From the NCBI GenBank assembly GCA_963796965.1, contig CAWCNS010000007.1, positions 194,167 to 258,166 on the forward strand: a stretch of DNA of 64,000 nucleotides, in the 5' to 3' direction. Source of the stretch: Calditrichia bacterium. GTDB taxonomy: Bacteria; Calditrichota; Calditrichia; JAJRVZ01. The position numbers were made by a program, and so were the translations under genes. A model generated the notes under the pieces. It saw only the letters and a program-made list of their open reading frames with translations, had not been told where the DNA came from and did no database searches. Position 1 is the first letter of the stretch. Every line of letters starts with the position of its first letter. Shown piece after piece: positions 24,981-35,749 of the stretch.

Positions 24981-27900
24981 ATGAATCTGACTAAACTGGC
25001 TGTCGAACGTCCGATTGCCACAACCATGGTGTTTTTAATAATCATTATCCTCGGTATCAGTGGTTTCCGTTTTCTGCCCGTCGATCTTCTACCACCTATT
25101 GAGTATCCAATCATAGGCATTAGAACTTATTATCCAAATGTAGGACCAGAAGAAATTGAAACCATTATCACTGATCGTATAGAAAATGCCATTGCTGGGG
25201 TACCCAATATTGAGGAAATTCGTTCAACATCAGAAGAAGGCCGCAGTAGTGTCACCATTGAATTTTCTCAGGGAACAAATCTTGATGAAGCAGCAAATGA
25301 TGCGCGAGCTGCTCTTGACCGTATCCGAGATGATTTGCCACCGGAAATTGAATCACCCCGCCTTTGGAAATTTGACCCTGATAATTTCCCTATTATTATG
25401 ATCGGTGCCCATTCAAACCGCAGCATGGATGAAATGACCAGAATCCTGGAGCGGGAGATCTCGCAACGTTTTGAACAGATTCCTGGTGTTGGGACCGTGG
25501 ATATTTGGGGTGGGGTATATCGCGAAATACAGATACGTTTAAAACGAGATCGGCTCGCTTCCAGGCAATTGTCCGCCTCCGATGTCCGGCAGGCATTAAT
25601 AAGAGAAAATTTAACCCTTCCTGGTGGTGATATGAGGGAGGGGCTCAACGATATGTACGTACGCACCCGCGGAGAGTACCAGTCGCTTAATGAAATCGCC
25701 AATACTATAATTACGATGGTAGACGGACAACCTATCCGTATCAAAGATATTGCTGAGGTTAAGGATGGTTTTAGTGATATTAGTCGCATTGTACAAATTG
25801 ATAGACAAGCGATGGTGCGGATGGGGATACGCAAACAATCGGGATCCAATACGGTTACTGTTGCACGAAAAGCCAGAGAAGTAATGGCGCAGATCAACCG
25901 TGAACGGGATGATATTCACCTCCTGGTTGTCATTGATCAGAGTGAGTTTATCCAAAATTCTATTAATAATGTTCAAAAATCAGCTATTTGGGGTGGACTT
26001 CTAGCTATTTTTATTCTTTATATTTTTCTACGAAACGGTTCAACAACTTTTATTATTGCCCTCGCAATTCCAATCTCAATCATTGCAACCTTTGGACTGT
26101 TGTATTTTAATAATCTAACCTTGAATCAAATGAGCTTCGGTGGATTGGCATTAGGAATTGGACTCATTGTTGATAATGCGATTGTCGTGTTGGAAAATAT
26201 TGTCAGACTACGCGAAAACCGTCACGAACTGGTGGAAAGTGCTTTAACTGGAACCAAGGAGGTTACGGGGGCAATTGTCGCCTCGACTTTAACTACTTTG
26301 GTCATTTTTCTGCCAGTTGTATTCATGCAGACTCTTTCTGCCATGCTGTTTAAGGAACTGGCCCTGGTTGTTGTCTTTGCTCTGCTATGTTCACTTTTCA
26401 TTGCTCTCACGCTCGTACCAATGCTTAGCAGCCGCTTTCTAACCGTTCATGCGGGAGAAAAGACAACCGACAGCGAGAAATCACGGATTGGGCGCTGGTT
26501 CCTTCGACTGGAAAATAGATATTATCAATGGTTGCAGGAGGCCATAGAACATAAAAAAATTGTTTTCCTTGTCACAGCTGCTCTTTTAGTCATAACTATC
26601 TTGCTTTGGCCCCTGTTATCCGTAGAACTCGCTCCACAGACCGATGCTGATGAAATTGATGTCGATATACAAATGGCACAAGGAACTAATATTGCCGTTG
26701 TACACGAATATCTGATGGAACTTGAACAAATTGTACGTTCAGTCATACCGATGGACCAGATCCGTCACATGACGGCTGAAATCCGACCTGGAGATGCCGA
26801 AGTTGAACTTTCACTAAAAAATGCCAATGAGCGAACGATAAGTAGTTTTGATCTGGCTGATCAGATTCGTGCAAATGTGGCCGGACGTGTACCTGGGACG
26901 GATATACGCGTAACAGCCCAATCGGGATTGTGGATGCTGCGCAGATTATTTGGATCTTCGGGAGGGGAGGCTGTACAGATCGAACTACGAGGGTATGATC
27001 TCGATCTGGCTGATTATCTGGCAAAAAATATTGAGGAAGTTGTGATGCACCACCCCGAAATTGCCGATGTGCGCATTAGTCGGCGTCAAGGACGCCCCGA
27101 ACAGAATATGATCGTTAACCGTGAAAAAATTGCCAATCTTGGTATATCAGTAAGTCAGGTTGCTGAGGTCATTCAGACGAATATTGGTGGTATGCAAGCT
27201 GGGGTCTTCCACGAAGATGGTGAAGAGTATCCTATAATTGTACGATTACAACCAAAAGACCGTCTCAATACCCAGGATTTAGGCAATGTTTCTGTACGTA
27301 CTGCTTCCGGACAGATCCTACCGGTTTCTGCGATCGTTGATATACAACGCCGGCGCAGTCCGGTAGAAATTGACAGAATTAATGGTCAGCGTGTCACATA
27401 TATTACAGCTAATTTACAAAGCGGGGCGGCTCTCGGTGATGTGGTAAGTAAATTACAGGATGATTTACAAGGATTGTCTCTTCCTGAAGGATTTTCCCTC
27501 GTTTTCAGTGGTGAATTCCAAGAGCAGCAAGAGGCACAGCAAGATTTCTTAATTTCGATTTTAATGGCCGTAGTACTTATTTACATGGTAATGGCAGCTC
27601 AGTTCGAACGTTTCTTAGATCCCCTTATTGTCATGGTTGCTGTTCCTCTGGCATTTATCGGTGTGGTACCTACGCTTTTAATAACGGGTACATCGCTAAA
27701 TATCCAAAGTTTGATGGGAATTATCATGCTTATTGGTATTGTCGTAAATAATGCTATCGTGCTTGTAGATTATATTAATCTCCTGCGCCGTGATCAAAAT
27801 ATGCCTGTTAATCAGGCAGTAGTTCAGGCAGGCCGTTTACGCCTGCGACCAATCCTGATGACTACCTGTACAACTGTGCTTGGTATGTTACCGCTATCCT

Positions 27901-28049
27901 TTGGTACAGGTGCAGGTGGTGAAATTCAAGCCTCACTGGCCAGGGCGGTTATCGGTGGACTCACTGCTTCCACTTTAATTACCTTGATATTAATTCCGGT
28001 GACATACATTACAGTTCATGGCATTTTTGATCGCCAGACTGCAAGATAG
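24981..28049 (+). CDS. RND multidrug efflux permease (HAE1/AcrB family)
   Basis: 1022 aa, 12-TM RND architecture (MNLTKLAVERPIATTMVFL..., SFGGLALGIGLIVDNAIVVLENI, ..ILMTTCTTVLGMLPL..). Confidence 0.85.
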   Translation: MNLTKLAVERPIATTMVFLIIIILGISGFRFLPVDLLPPIEYPIIGIRTYYPNVGPEEIETIITDRIENAIAGVPNIEEIRSTSEEGRSSVTIEFSQGTNLDEAANDARAALDRIRDDLPPEIESPRLWKFDPDNFPIIMIGAHSNRSMDEMTRILEREISQRFEQIPGVGTVDIWGGVYREIQIRLKRDRLASRQLSASDVRQALIRENLTLPGGDMREGLNDMYVRTRGEYQSLNEIANTIITMVDGQPIRIKDIAEVKDGFSDISRIVQIDRQAMVRMGIRKQSGSNTVTVARKAREVMAQINRERDDIHLLVVIDQSEFIQNSINNVQKSAIWGGLLAIFILYIFLRNGSTTFIIALAIPISIIATFGLLYFNNLTLNQMSFGGLALGIGLIVDNAIVVLENIVRLRENRHELVESALTGTKEVTGAIVASTLTTLVIFLPVVFMQTLSAMLFKELALVVVFALLCSLFIALTLVPMLSSRFLTVHAGEKTTDSEKSRIGRWFLRLENRYYQWLQEAIEHKKIVFLVTAALLVITILLWPLLSVELAPQTDADEIDVDIQMAQGTNIAVVHEYLMELEQIVRSVIPMDQIRHMTAEIRPGDAEVELSLKNANERTISSFDLADQIRANVAGRVPGTDIRVTAQSGLWMLRRLFGSSGGEAVQIELRGYDLDLADYLAKNIEEVVMHHPEIADVRISRRQGRPEQNMIVNREKIANLGISVSQVAEVIQTNIGGMQAGVFHEDGEEYPIIVRLQPKDRLNTQDLGNVSVRTASGQILPVSAIVDIQRRRSPVEIDRINGQRVTYITANLQSGAALGDVVSKLQDDLQGLSLPEGFSLVFSGEFQEQQEAQQDFLISILMAVVLIYMVMAAQFERFLDPLIVMVAVPLAFIGVVPTLLITGTSLNIQSLMGIIMLIGIVVNNAIVLVDYINLLRRDQNMPVNQAVVQAGRLRLRPILMTTCTTVLGMLPLSFGTGAGGEIQASLARAVIGGLTASTLITLILIPVTYITVHGIFDRQTAR

Positions 28050-28183
28050 TTCATAGAATTAGTAAAAATTATAAAGACATTTACAGAAGGGAAACTATTG
28101 CTGAAATGATACAGGACAAATTTATAAATATTTCAAAAAATCTTTGCTAGAAATCTACTATCCACCGTATCTTCTGATAAATT

Positions 28184-28235
28184 TACCAATTACCAATTAC
28201 CAATTACCAATTACCAGTTCCTAATTCTTAATTAC
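28184..28235. repeat. Octamer tandem repeat (TACCAATT)x4 plus about 2 degenerate copies in the GNAT promoter region
   Basis: taccaattaccaattaccaattaccaattaccagttcctaattcttaattac, immediately upstream of the 28243 start. Confidence 0.8.
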
Positions 28236-28242
28236 ATATAAT

Positions 28243-28746
28243 ATGCCAGAACTAAATAAAACCCCACATCCAAATCTTTTTCTTCGTTTTGCTACAAAGA
28301 AGGATGCTTCGCTGATACTTGAATTTGTTAAAAAATTAGCAGATTATGAAAAACTAAGCCATGAGGTGACAGCCACGCCTGAAATCCTTGAGAAGTCACT
28401 TTTTGGTGATCGTCAGGTTGCCGAAGTAATCATTGCTTATTATAACGATGCGCCGGCTGGTTTCTCCCTTTTCTTTCATAATTTCTCAACTTTTCTGGGT
28501 AAACCAGGCATTTACATCGAGGATATCTTTGTCAATCCAGAATTAAGAGGAAAGGGCATTGGCCAGGCTTTACTTAAATTTGTTGCGAAACTTGCCGTCG
28601 AACGGTCGTGTGGACGTGTTGAATGGTCGGTTCTGGACTGGAATGAGCCTGCCATTAATTTTTATCGCAAATTGGGAGCAATCTCAATGGATGGCTGGAC
28701 CACCTTCAGGTTAATGAACGAAACTTTAGAAGAATTCGCAAGGTAA
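28243..28746 (+). CDS. GNAT family N-acetyltransferase
   Basis: Acetyl-CoA-binding motif RGKGIGQALLKFV in a ~167-aa GNAT-fold-sized protein. Confidence 0.7.
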   Translation: MPELNKTPHPNLFLRFATKKDASLILEFVKKLADYEKLSHEVTATPEILEKSLFGDRQVAEVIIAYYNDAPAGFSLFFHNFSTFLGKPGIYIEDIFVNPELRGKGIGQALLKFVAKLAVERSCGRVEWSVLDWNEPAINFYRKLGAISMDGWTTFRLMNETLEEFAR

Positions 28747-28854
28747 TAGTATTTGTCCTAGTATTTCCTGAACGAGGTAAAATACAAATTTCTAAATCCA
28801 CAAAAATTCAAAAATACGATTAGAAGGTGGCAATAAAGCAGGAAAGTAATTTGT

Positions 28855-29664
28855 ATGGATGCGCAGGAAATAAAATCACAATTCAAAGCTGTCTTTAATG
28901 AGATAGCGCCTCAATACGACTCCAACCAGTTTTTTTCTCACTCGGCAAAACTATTGGTTGATAGATATATTAACGAAAATTCTAAGACTATGCTCGATGT
29001 GGCCACAGGCACGGGAGCTATCGCTACATATGTAGCAAAAAAAAATCCTCATCTCAAAATAGTGGCCATTGATCATTCCCAGGAAATGTTAAATCAGGCA
29101 AAAAAAAAGGCAATTGCTCTAAAACTGCCTAATATCGAATTTGTTTGCCAGGATGCAGAAAATATATCGAATAGACCGGACTTCTATGATATTATAACTT
29201 GTGGTTATGGGTTATTTTTCTTTCCGGAGATGGAACAAACTTTTAAACACTTATATCATTTGCTCGGCCCTGACGGGAGGATGATTTTTTCTACCTTTTC
29301 TGAAAAGGCCTTCCAGCCGTTCACGGATTTATTCCTTGAAGCGTTAGAACGATATGAGGTAAAATTACCAAAATTATCCAGAGGTAGACTGAATACAGCT
29401 GAGAAGATAGACGATCTATGCAAATCTGCCGGGATCAGGAATGTGGAGACTGAATTCGTTGAGATGCGGTATCAAATACCCGTTGAAGGTTGGTGGAATT
29501 TGCTCAACAGTGCTGGATACAAGGGTTTGATAAAACTGATCGCTGACGATAAATTGGATCAATTTAAAGACGAACATCTGAGTAGGGTTGCACAACACGC
29601 TGTCGAATCAGAGATTCTTCTGGTTGCTGATACTTTGTACGGTGTTGTTAGAAATAAAAATTAA
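28855..29664 (+). CDS. Class I SAM-dependent methyltransferase
   Basis: Motif I VLDVATGTGAIA, motif post-I VAIDHSQEML. Confidence 0.7.
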   Translation: MDAQEIKSQFKAVFNEIAPQYDSNQFFSHSAKLLVDRYINENSKTMLDVATGTGAIATYVAKKNPHLKIVAIDHSQEMLNQAKKKAIALKLPNIEFVCQDAENISNRPDFYDIITCGYGLFFFPEMEQTFKHLYHLLGPDGRMIFSTFSEKAFQPFTDLFLEALERYEVKLPKLSRGRLNTAEKIDDLCKSAGIRNVETEFVEMRYQIPVEGWWNLLNSAGYKGLIKLIADDKLDQFKDEHLSRVAQHAVESEILLVADTLYGVVRNKN

Positions 29665-29833
29665 GGATTTATTAAAATCTCTCGCAGTGGCGCTAGGATG
29701 AAGCGTAAATGCTTCACTATTTCAGCAGGAAGCGGAAATTTGGTAGCCAGATCCATGGACTATACCGTGGGCATATATCATTAATGGTAGAAACCTATAA
29801 AGCACATATCTTTTGGAATAAATCGACTCTCAC

Positions 29834-31027
29834 ATGATTGAGATTAATAAAAAACAGAATACCAGACTACCCAGAATTATGCTCGGTTTATTTAGTGGGA
29901 TTGGCATATTTATGGTATTGGCCGGAATTATCCAGTTGTTTATAGGTGAATTTGAAGCCTTTTTCGGATTAATATTTTCTGGTATAATCTTTTATGGATT
30001 AGGTTGGGCAGGTAGAAGGGTACTAGTGCCTCGGGAAAAAGATACACCACCCGATATTGGCAAAATCGCCGGAACGATTTTTGGGGGTGTCGGATTGATT
30101 ATTGTATTTAGCAGTATTTTGTTTTTTTTTGATGGTGACCTTGAAAGTGGCTTTTTTATGTTTGCATTTGGGTCTGCTTTTACTGGGGCTGGTTATCTTG
30201 CATACAGATTGTTCCGGGTTCCGGTGGGGAAAAAGGCTGTATTGGTAAATGAGCGAGTTCAAAATCTGCATGGAATGATAGGGCAGACCGGTCAACGCAC
30301 AAGCCAGCAATATGTTTATGTGGATGAAAATACGCATGATGATAAAATAGAGACAATAAGGGAAACCGTTTCTGACAAGCCCTGGACTCAAAGAAAGGAC
30401 TGGGCTGAAGGAAAGATTATTCAAGTCGGAGCAAAAAATCTCATTTTCCTTGTTGCTTTTACAATCATGTGGAATCTGATTGCTGGTGGAATTGCTGCTT
30501 TTGCGATGGCTGATGAATGGGGCGGGGGGGATATACCCTGGCTAATACTGATATTTCCGGGCGTAGGCTTAATTTTGATCGTTGCAACAATTCGAACCTG
30601 GATACGACGAAAAAAATATGGCATTGGCATCCTAAAATTGGATGAGGTGCCCGCCTGGCTTGGTGAGCGTTTGAAGGGTGTTGTAGAAACGGGTGTTTCG
30701 GCAGATAAGCAACCAGAAGGTGGATTTAAATTGCGCTTGGTTTGTGTGGAACGAAATTCTTATCGTGATAGTGATGGAGATAAAAGCGTGAGAGAGAATG
30801 AACTGTGGCAGGAAGAACAACAAGTGTATGGATCTGTATCAAACAAGGATTTTACCTTTGCCCTTACGGTTTATTTTAATATTCCAGATCATCTGCCTCC
30901 TACCCGAATGATCCCGGCAGATGATCGCACCCTCTGGCGGGTTGAAGCATCTGCATCAACACCCGGTGTTAACTACGCAGCAAAGTTCGAGGTACCTGTG
31001 TTTGACAAATCCAATAATGTTGATTAA
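29834..31027 (+). CDS. Hypothetical polytopic membrane protein
   Basis: Two clusters of TM helices separated by soluble segments; no catalytic motif recognised. Confidence 0.5.
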   Translation: MIEINKKQNTRLPRIMLGLFSGIGIFMVLAGIIQLFIGEFEAFFGLIFSGIIFYGLGWAGRRVLVPREKDTPPDIGKIAGTIFGGVGLIIVFSSILFFFDGDLESGFFMFAFGSAFTGAGYLAYRLFRVPVGKKAVLVNERVQNLHGMIGQTGQRTSQQYVYVDENTHDDKIETIRETVSDKPWTQRKDWAEGKIIQVGAKNLIFLVAFTIMWNLIAGGIAAFAMADEWGGGDIPWLILIFPGVGLILIVATIRTWIRRKKYGIGILKLDEVPAWLGERLKGVVETGVSADKQPEGGFKLRLVCVERNSYRDSDGDKSVRENELWQEEQQVYGSVSNKDFTFALTVYFNIPDHLPPTRMIPADDRTLWRVEASASTPGVNYAAKFEVPVFDKSNNVD

Positions 31028-31127
31028 TGTGCCAGATGTGCAACCCCTGCAGGCTTGATGTATATATGTGATATTGCTCATTCAAGATTTAATTTATCAC
31101 CACGAAGAACACGAAGAACACGAAAAA

Positions 31128-31499
31128 ATGAAATTTGATAAATTATCTAAAAAGGTTCTTGGGTGTGCAATAAAAGTTCATAGAGAATTGGGACCCGGGT
31201 TGATGGAGTCTACATATGAACACTGTCTGGCTCGAGAACTCTCAATATCGAATATCAAGTTTGAAACGCAGGTACCTCTTCCAGTTTGTTATAAAGGTAT
31301 AAAATTGAGATGCGGCTACAAATTAGATTTATTAATCGATGAGCAAATAATAATTGAGATTAAATCGGTCGAAAGACTATTATCGATTCATGAGTCACAA
31401 TTGCTTACCTATATGAAGTTATCAGGGATATCAATAGGATTATTAATAAATTTTAATAAAAAACTTCTGAAAAATGGAATTAGGAGATTTGTTTTATAA
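31128..31499 (+). CDS. GxxExxY-family protein (PD-(D/E)xK-like)
   Basis: GPGLMESTYEHCLARELS...KLDLLIDEQIIIEIKSV...ESQLLTYMKLSGISIGLLINF. The true start is probably MKFDK at 31128, because the upstream HEEHEEHE stretch comes from a cacgaagaa tandem repeat. Confidence 0.6.
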   Translation: MKFDKLSKKVLGCAIKVHRELGPGLMESTYEHCLARELSISNIKFETQVPLPVCYKGIKLRCGYKLDLLIDEQIIIEIKSVERLLSIHESQLLTYMKLSGISIGLLINFNKKLLKNGIRRFVL

Positions 31500-31686
31500 A
31501 ATTCTCCGTGTGTTACGTGTGCTCTGTGGTAATTAAACAAACATTTCAATAAACTTTAGTTCTATGCTTTACAACCGAATAAATTAGAAATGATTTTATA
31601 TTCTTTAAATATCTAATCTGCAAATTCAGACAAACCATGTGATTAATGATAAAATTAAAGTTTCACTCTAACTATGGGATGAACTA

Positions 31687-32682
31687 ATGTATAAAAATAA
31701 GAATATCTTAGTAACAGGCGGGGCAGGTTATATCGGCAGCCATCTGGTCCAATTGCTTTGCGATAAAGGATATCCGGTGTATGTCTTTGATGATTTTTCG
31801 ACCGGATTGCACGAAAACCTCGATGTCAGATTGAAAGGTGTTGTCGAGGGGAACATTTTGAGCAATGCTGACCTGGAAAAAGCATTTGACAATCAAATCC
31901 ACACTGTTTTCCATTTTGCAGCGTTTAAGGCAGCCGGTGAGTCTATGACTGATCCGGGGAAATATGCCTGGAACAACATTGCCGGATCAATCAATCTTTT
32001 AAACGCTATGCTGAAATATGAGGCAAAAAACATTATTTTCTCATCTTCTGCTGCCGTTTATGGTAATCCTCATTATATGCCTGTAGATGAAAAACATCCG
32101 GTTGAACCCGCTAATTATTATGGATATACCAAGTTAAATATTGAACATAATTTAGCCTGGTATAGTCAATTACGGGGGATTAACTATGCTGCTTTGCGTT
32201 ATTTTAATGCCACTGGTTATGATGTTAAAGGAAAATTGAAGGGTAAGGAAAAAAATCCGGCCAATTTATCGCCTGTTGTAATGGAAGTTGCGGCCGGTGA
32301 AAGAAAAGGCTTGCAGATCTTTGGTAATGATTACGAAACCATCGATGGTACAGGTGTGCGGGATTATATCCATGTCTCTGATTTGGCTGAGGCCCATGTT
32401 TTAGCTATGGATTATATCATGAATGAAAATAGTGATTTGCTTGTCAACTTGGGCACAGGACGCGGCTACTCTGTCTTAGAGGTGATTCAGGCGGCAGCAA
32501 AAGTTTCAGGCAAGGAAATTCCTTATGAAATCGTCGGGAGACGCGAAGGGGATCCTTCAGAATTAATCGCCAGTTCAAATCTGGCCAAAGAATTATTGGG
32601 CTGGACGGCCAAATATTCGGATATCGAGAATATATTCAGAACAATGGTGCCGGTTTACTTGGGGAATGAAGCTATAGGATAA
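31687..32682 (+). CDS. galE: UDP-glucose 4-epimerase
   Basis: VTGGAGYIGSH Rossmann motif, catalytic YGYTK, length 331 aa. Confidence 0.8.
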   Translation: MYKNKNILVTGGAGYIGSHLVQLLCDKGYPVYVFDDFSTGLHENLDVRLKGVVEGNILSNADLEKAFDNQIHTVFHFAAFKAAGESMTDPGKYAWNNIAGSINLLNAMLKYEAKNIIFSSSAAVYGNPHYMPVDEKHPVEPANYYGYTKLNIEHNLAWYSQLRGINYAALRYFNATGYDVKGKLKGKEKNPANLSPVVMEVAAGERKGLQIFGNDYETIDGTGVRDYIHVSDLAEAHVLAMDYIMNENSDLLVNLGTGRGYSVLEVIQAAAKVSGKEIPYEIVGRREGDPSELIASSNLAKELLGWTAKYSDIENIFRTMVPVYLGNEAIG

Positions 32683-32716
32683 AGGGAAAAAGTACAAGGG
32701 GAAAAGTGTTATACGT

Positions 32717-32749
32717 AATCCTGGTCTGTCGCCAGGGCAGGATTGTTTT
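32717..32749 (+). terminator. Hairpin + U-tract downstream of galE
   Basis: aatcctg-gtctgtcgccagggc-caggatt followed by gtttt. Confidence 0.4.
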
Positions 32750-33093
32750 AGCACCTCAGAAACAACGAAATTTTTATTGAAAATTATTTAGAACCCGAAC
32801 CAAGTTCTCCGAAGGAGGCCTTTGGACAGTTTAACTGCTTTGGTCAATAATATTCTCTTTAAAATGTCATCCAGAAGGGATCTTCCTGATTACTTGATTG
32901 AATTTTATATGGAGGAAGATTCCTGCGGAATGACAAACCTGGCTTATTATTTTTATCCTATTATCACTTACTTTCTCATTGCTACTTATATTTTTCCAGT
33001 AAGCCTGATAGTCGTTTCACAATCTCCGGGTGCTGTGAAGCTAAGTTGGTTGATTCTCCCGGATCATCGATAATATTATACAATTCCAAACCC

Positions 33094-34416
33094 TTATCTG
33101 CTTCTTCTTTTAACTTTTTTCAGCTTTTCTGAGTAACGCACAGACAGGCCACCATAGCCTGAACCAATGATTAATTTCCATTCTCCATCGATGACAATGT
33201 TGCTCATAATGATCATTTCCGGTCTTTGAACATAAGTGTTTTTCTCACCAAGCATAAGTGGCAGGAGAGAATGGCTGTCCGGACTATTCTTTGCAGAAAG
33301 CGAATCATTTACCATATCAGCAAATGTTGCAAGCATATCAGTAAAACAGATCGCCTTATTAGTTGTACTACCGGATTTTATTTTTCCAGTCCAGCGGGTA
33401 ATAAAAGGCATACGATGGGCGCCATCAAGCGCATCGCCCTTCATACCACGCAGAATACCAACAGATTCGTGGCCATATTTCTCTTCATCTGCAGGATACC
33501 AGACCGGGCCATTGTCACTGGTAAAGATAACCAAGGTGTTCTGATCAAGGCCGAGTTGGTTCAATTTGGTCATAATCTGGCCAAGCGAATGGTCAACCTG
33601 GTTAACAAAGTCGCCATAAATTCCCGCCTTGCTTGAATTTTTAAATCTCTTTGTTGGCAGCCAGGGCGTATGTGGGGCGGCCAAAGGCAAATATAGAAAA
33701 AAGGGTTGCCCACTTTTGTGTTGTTCGATAAAATCCAAAGCCTTGTTTGTAAAAACGGTCTGGACTTCTTCGTGCACAAATCCCGGTGCAATTTTTCCTG
33801 CCCGCCAAAAGGCCCCTTGAATTGGGGTCACACCTTCTGTAAAGCTGGCTTCAATGTCATCTGTCGGAGCAGCAACCACTTGGTTGTTTTTAATATAGTA
33901 ATAGGGTGGTATATCTAAGGAGGCATGCATACCGAAAAACTCATTGAATCCGCGATCAAGTGGTCCGCCGGTAATCGGCTGGTAATAATCGATTTTATCG
34001 ATATTATCAAATCCCAGATGCCATTTGCCGATACAGGCAGTGTAGTAACCATTTTTTTGAAGTAACGATCCGATGGTGATTTGATCGGCTTCGATTTGGC
34101 TGCCGCTGCGATGCTTGGCCAGATCTGTGCGAATGGCATAATTTCCTGTCATAAGTCCGTAACGCGTAGGCGTACACCAGGAGCCCGGGGAATGTGCATT
34201 GGTAAATTGTAACCCCTCTGCCGCCATACGATCTATATTTGGTGTAGGAATTTTAGATTGGGGATTATAACAAGCCGCATCACCATATCCCATGTCATCA
34301 GCCATAATAAAAATAATGTTCGGTTTTGTTAGTTTTTCGCTTATTTCTGTCTGACAGGCTACAAAGAGAGTTAAAATCGTGGCCACTATCAGAAAAGCTG
34401 GTATTTTCTTTACCAT
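33094..34416 (-). CDS. Sulfatase (formylglycine-dependent arylsulfatase family), secreted
   Basis: Signal peptide; IIFIMADDMGYGD and the C-x-P-x-R motif (SWCTPTRYGLMTG); GKWHLG. The likely start is MVKK at 34416. Confidence 0.8.
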   Translation of the reverse strand: MVKKIPAFLIVATILTLFVACQTEISEKLTKPNIIFIMADDMGYGDAACYNPQSKIPTPNIDRMAAEGLQFTNAHSPGSWCTPTRYGLMTGNYAIRTDLAKHRSGSQIEADQITIGSLLQKNGYYTACIGKWHLGFDNIDKIDYYQPITGGPLDRGFNEFFGMHASLDIPPYYYIKNNQVVAAPTDDIEASFTEGVTPIQGAFWRAGKIAPGFVHEEVQTVFTNKALDFIEQHKSGQPFFLYLPLAAPHTPWLPTKRFKNSSKAGIYGDFVNQVDHSLGQIMTKLNQLGLDQNTLVIFTSDNGPVWYPADEEKYGHESVGILRGMKGDALDGAHRMPFITRWTGKIKSGSTTNKAICFTDMLATFADMVNDSLSAKNSPDSHSLLPLMLGEKNTYVQRPEMIIMSNIVIDGEWKLIIGSGYGGLSVRYSEKLKKVKRRSR

Positions 34417-34519
34417 TTTATCACCCCTACATTGAATTGATATTAAAAAAGTATACAAGATTTAAGTGAATCTACCAACAGATATTTTTTATAATTCCAT
34501 CTTTATATTGTAAGTTTAG

Positions 34520-34798
34520 ATTTACTATCATGAGTGTCCGGTTTAAAAGAAGAATCAATATTTTAACAAAAATCCTCATTTAAAAATCCCTTCTCTTCTT
34601 CATGAGAAGGGGCTCCTTAAAGTCCCTCTCTTTTCATCCCGTCCCGGAACGGGATCGCGTCTCGGGAAAGGAATCTTCGGGAAGGGTGAGTTCATTAAAT
34701 CAAGTCCCCATGTTGGGAAATCTATTAATCCATTGGATATCTCGTTGTTTATAATTACATATCTAAATCTTAACCGGACACTTATGATTTACTATAAA
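34520..34798. repeat. Inverted-repeat-flanked ~280 bp intergenic element (MITE-like or structured RNA) with GC-rich hairpin core
   Basis: Left arm tttactatcatgagtgtccggtttaa (34520-34546); right arm ttaaccggacacttatgatttactata (34770-34796) is its reverse complement. The core contains tcccggaacggga and cttcgggaag hairpins. Confidence 0.5.
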
Positions 34799-35007
34799 AT
34801 AATAATATCTTGAAGATTTCAGTTTTGAAATATTTATTCGGATTAATTAAATTTTAATGTTATTGAGTATTATAATATATATTTCACGGATTTAAGTTAT
34901 ATAAACACAATTCTGGAATAAAAATTTACGGATTTTCATTTATATAATTTAAAATTGATAAGTTATATTAAATTTATATCAAAAAACATCACTATAAGGA
35001 GTTTAAA

Positions 35008-35562
35008 ATGAGGTTTTTAACTATTCTTGTCGTTTCGATGATGGCATTTTTTCTGATTCAATGCTCATCGATTACAGTAAAATCAGATTATGATCCGGAG
35101 TATGATTTTGCCAAATTTAAAACCTATCGCTGGGCTTCTGCTAAAGAAATGAATCCTGACGATGTTTTGGCAAAGAGCCCCCTGATCCTGAAGCGCGTTG
35201 TCACTGCTGTAGATGCTGAATTATCGAAGAAAGGTTTTACATTGTCCGAGTCCGGCGATGCAGATGTAGTTGTTCTTGCCCATGCCGGGATTAAACAGAA
35301 AACACAGGTCTATCAAACAGGTGGCAGTTATTATCGGGGATGGTATGATCCTTATTGGGGACCTTATGGGGGGCAGACCTCAGTCAGTCAATATGAAGAG
35401 GGTACGCTCGTTATAGATATTATCGCCTGGGAGACCAAAGAATTAGCCTGGCGTGGCATGGGAACTCAAATCATCGATGATAATGTTGCTACTGAAAAAA
35501 TTACGCCTATAATTGATCAATGGGTTGCAAAGATTTTAGTACAATTTCCTCCTAAAAAATAA
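35008..35562 (+). CDS. Lipoprotein (DUF4136-like)
   Basis: Signal peptide plus lipobox-like LIQCSS; secreted 184-aa protein. Confidence 0.45.
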   Translation: MRFLTILVVSMMAFFLIQCSSITVKSDYDPEYDFAKFKTYRWASAKEMNPDDVLAKSPLILKRVVTAVDAELSKKGFTLSESGDADVVVLAHAGIKQKTQVYQTGGSYYRGWYDPYWGPYGGQTSVSQYEEGTLVIDIIAWETKELAWRGMGTQIIDDNVATEKITPIIDQWVAKILVQFPPKK

Positions 35563-35749
35563 TTTCCTGCGAATACGTGAGTTTAATTACTTGGCAGGAT
35601 GAGAACAAAGATATTATATCACCCATGTAATTGTGGGTTAATATCTGTTTAGTATTTACAATTTAGAACTCACAATTAAATAATAGCCTTCCGGATGTTA
35701 AATTAGCATCCTGGGAGGCTTTTTTATTAAAATTTATGTAAATTCTAAC

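Noticed and set aside
25186-27024. Multiple antisense and alternative-frame ORFs inside the RND permease gene
   Set aside because: They are fully contained within a strongly supported 1022-aa CDS and have no motifs. Typical shadow ORFs.
23637-28049. Higher-GC RND efflux pair as a horizontally acquired island
   Set aside because: GC appears only modestly higher by eye (~45-48% vs ~35-40%). No flanking repeats or integrase are present; membrane-protein codon bias could explain it.
31068-31127. HEEHEEHE N-terminal extension of the GxxExxY ORF
   Set aside because: It is produced by a cacgaagaa tandem repeat in the upstream region. The conserved family start is MKFDK at 31128.
32822-33073. 83-aa plus-strand ORF between galE and the sulfatase
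   Set aside because: No RBS, odd composition, and it lies in the 3' region convergent with the sulfatase. Probably non-coding.
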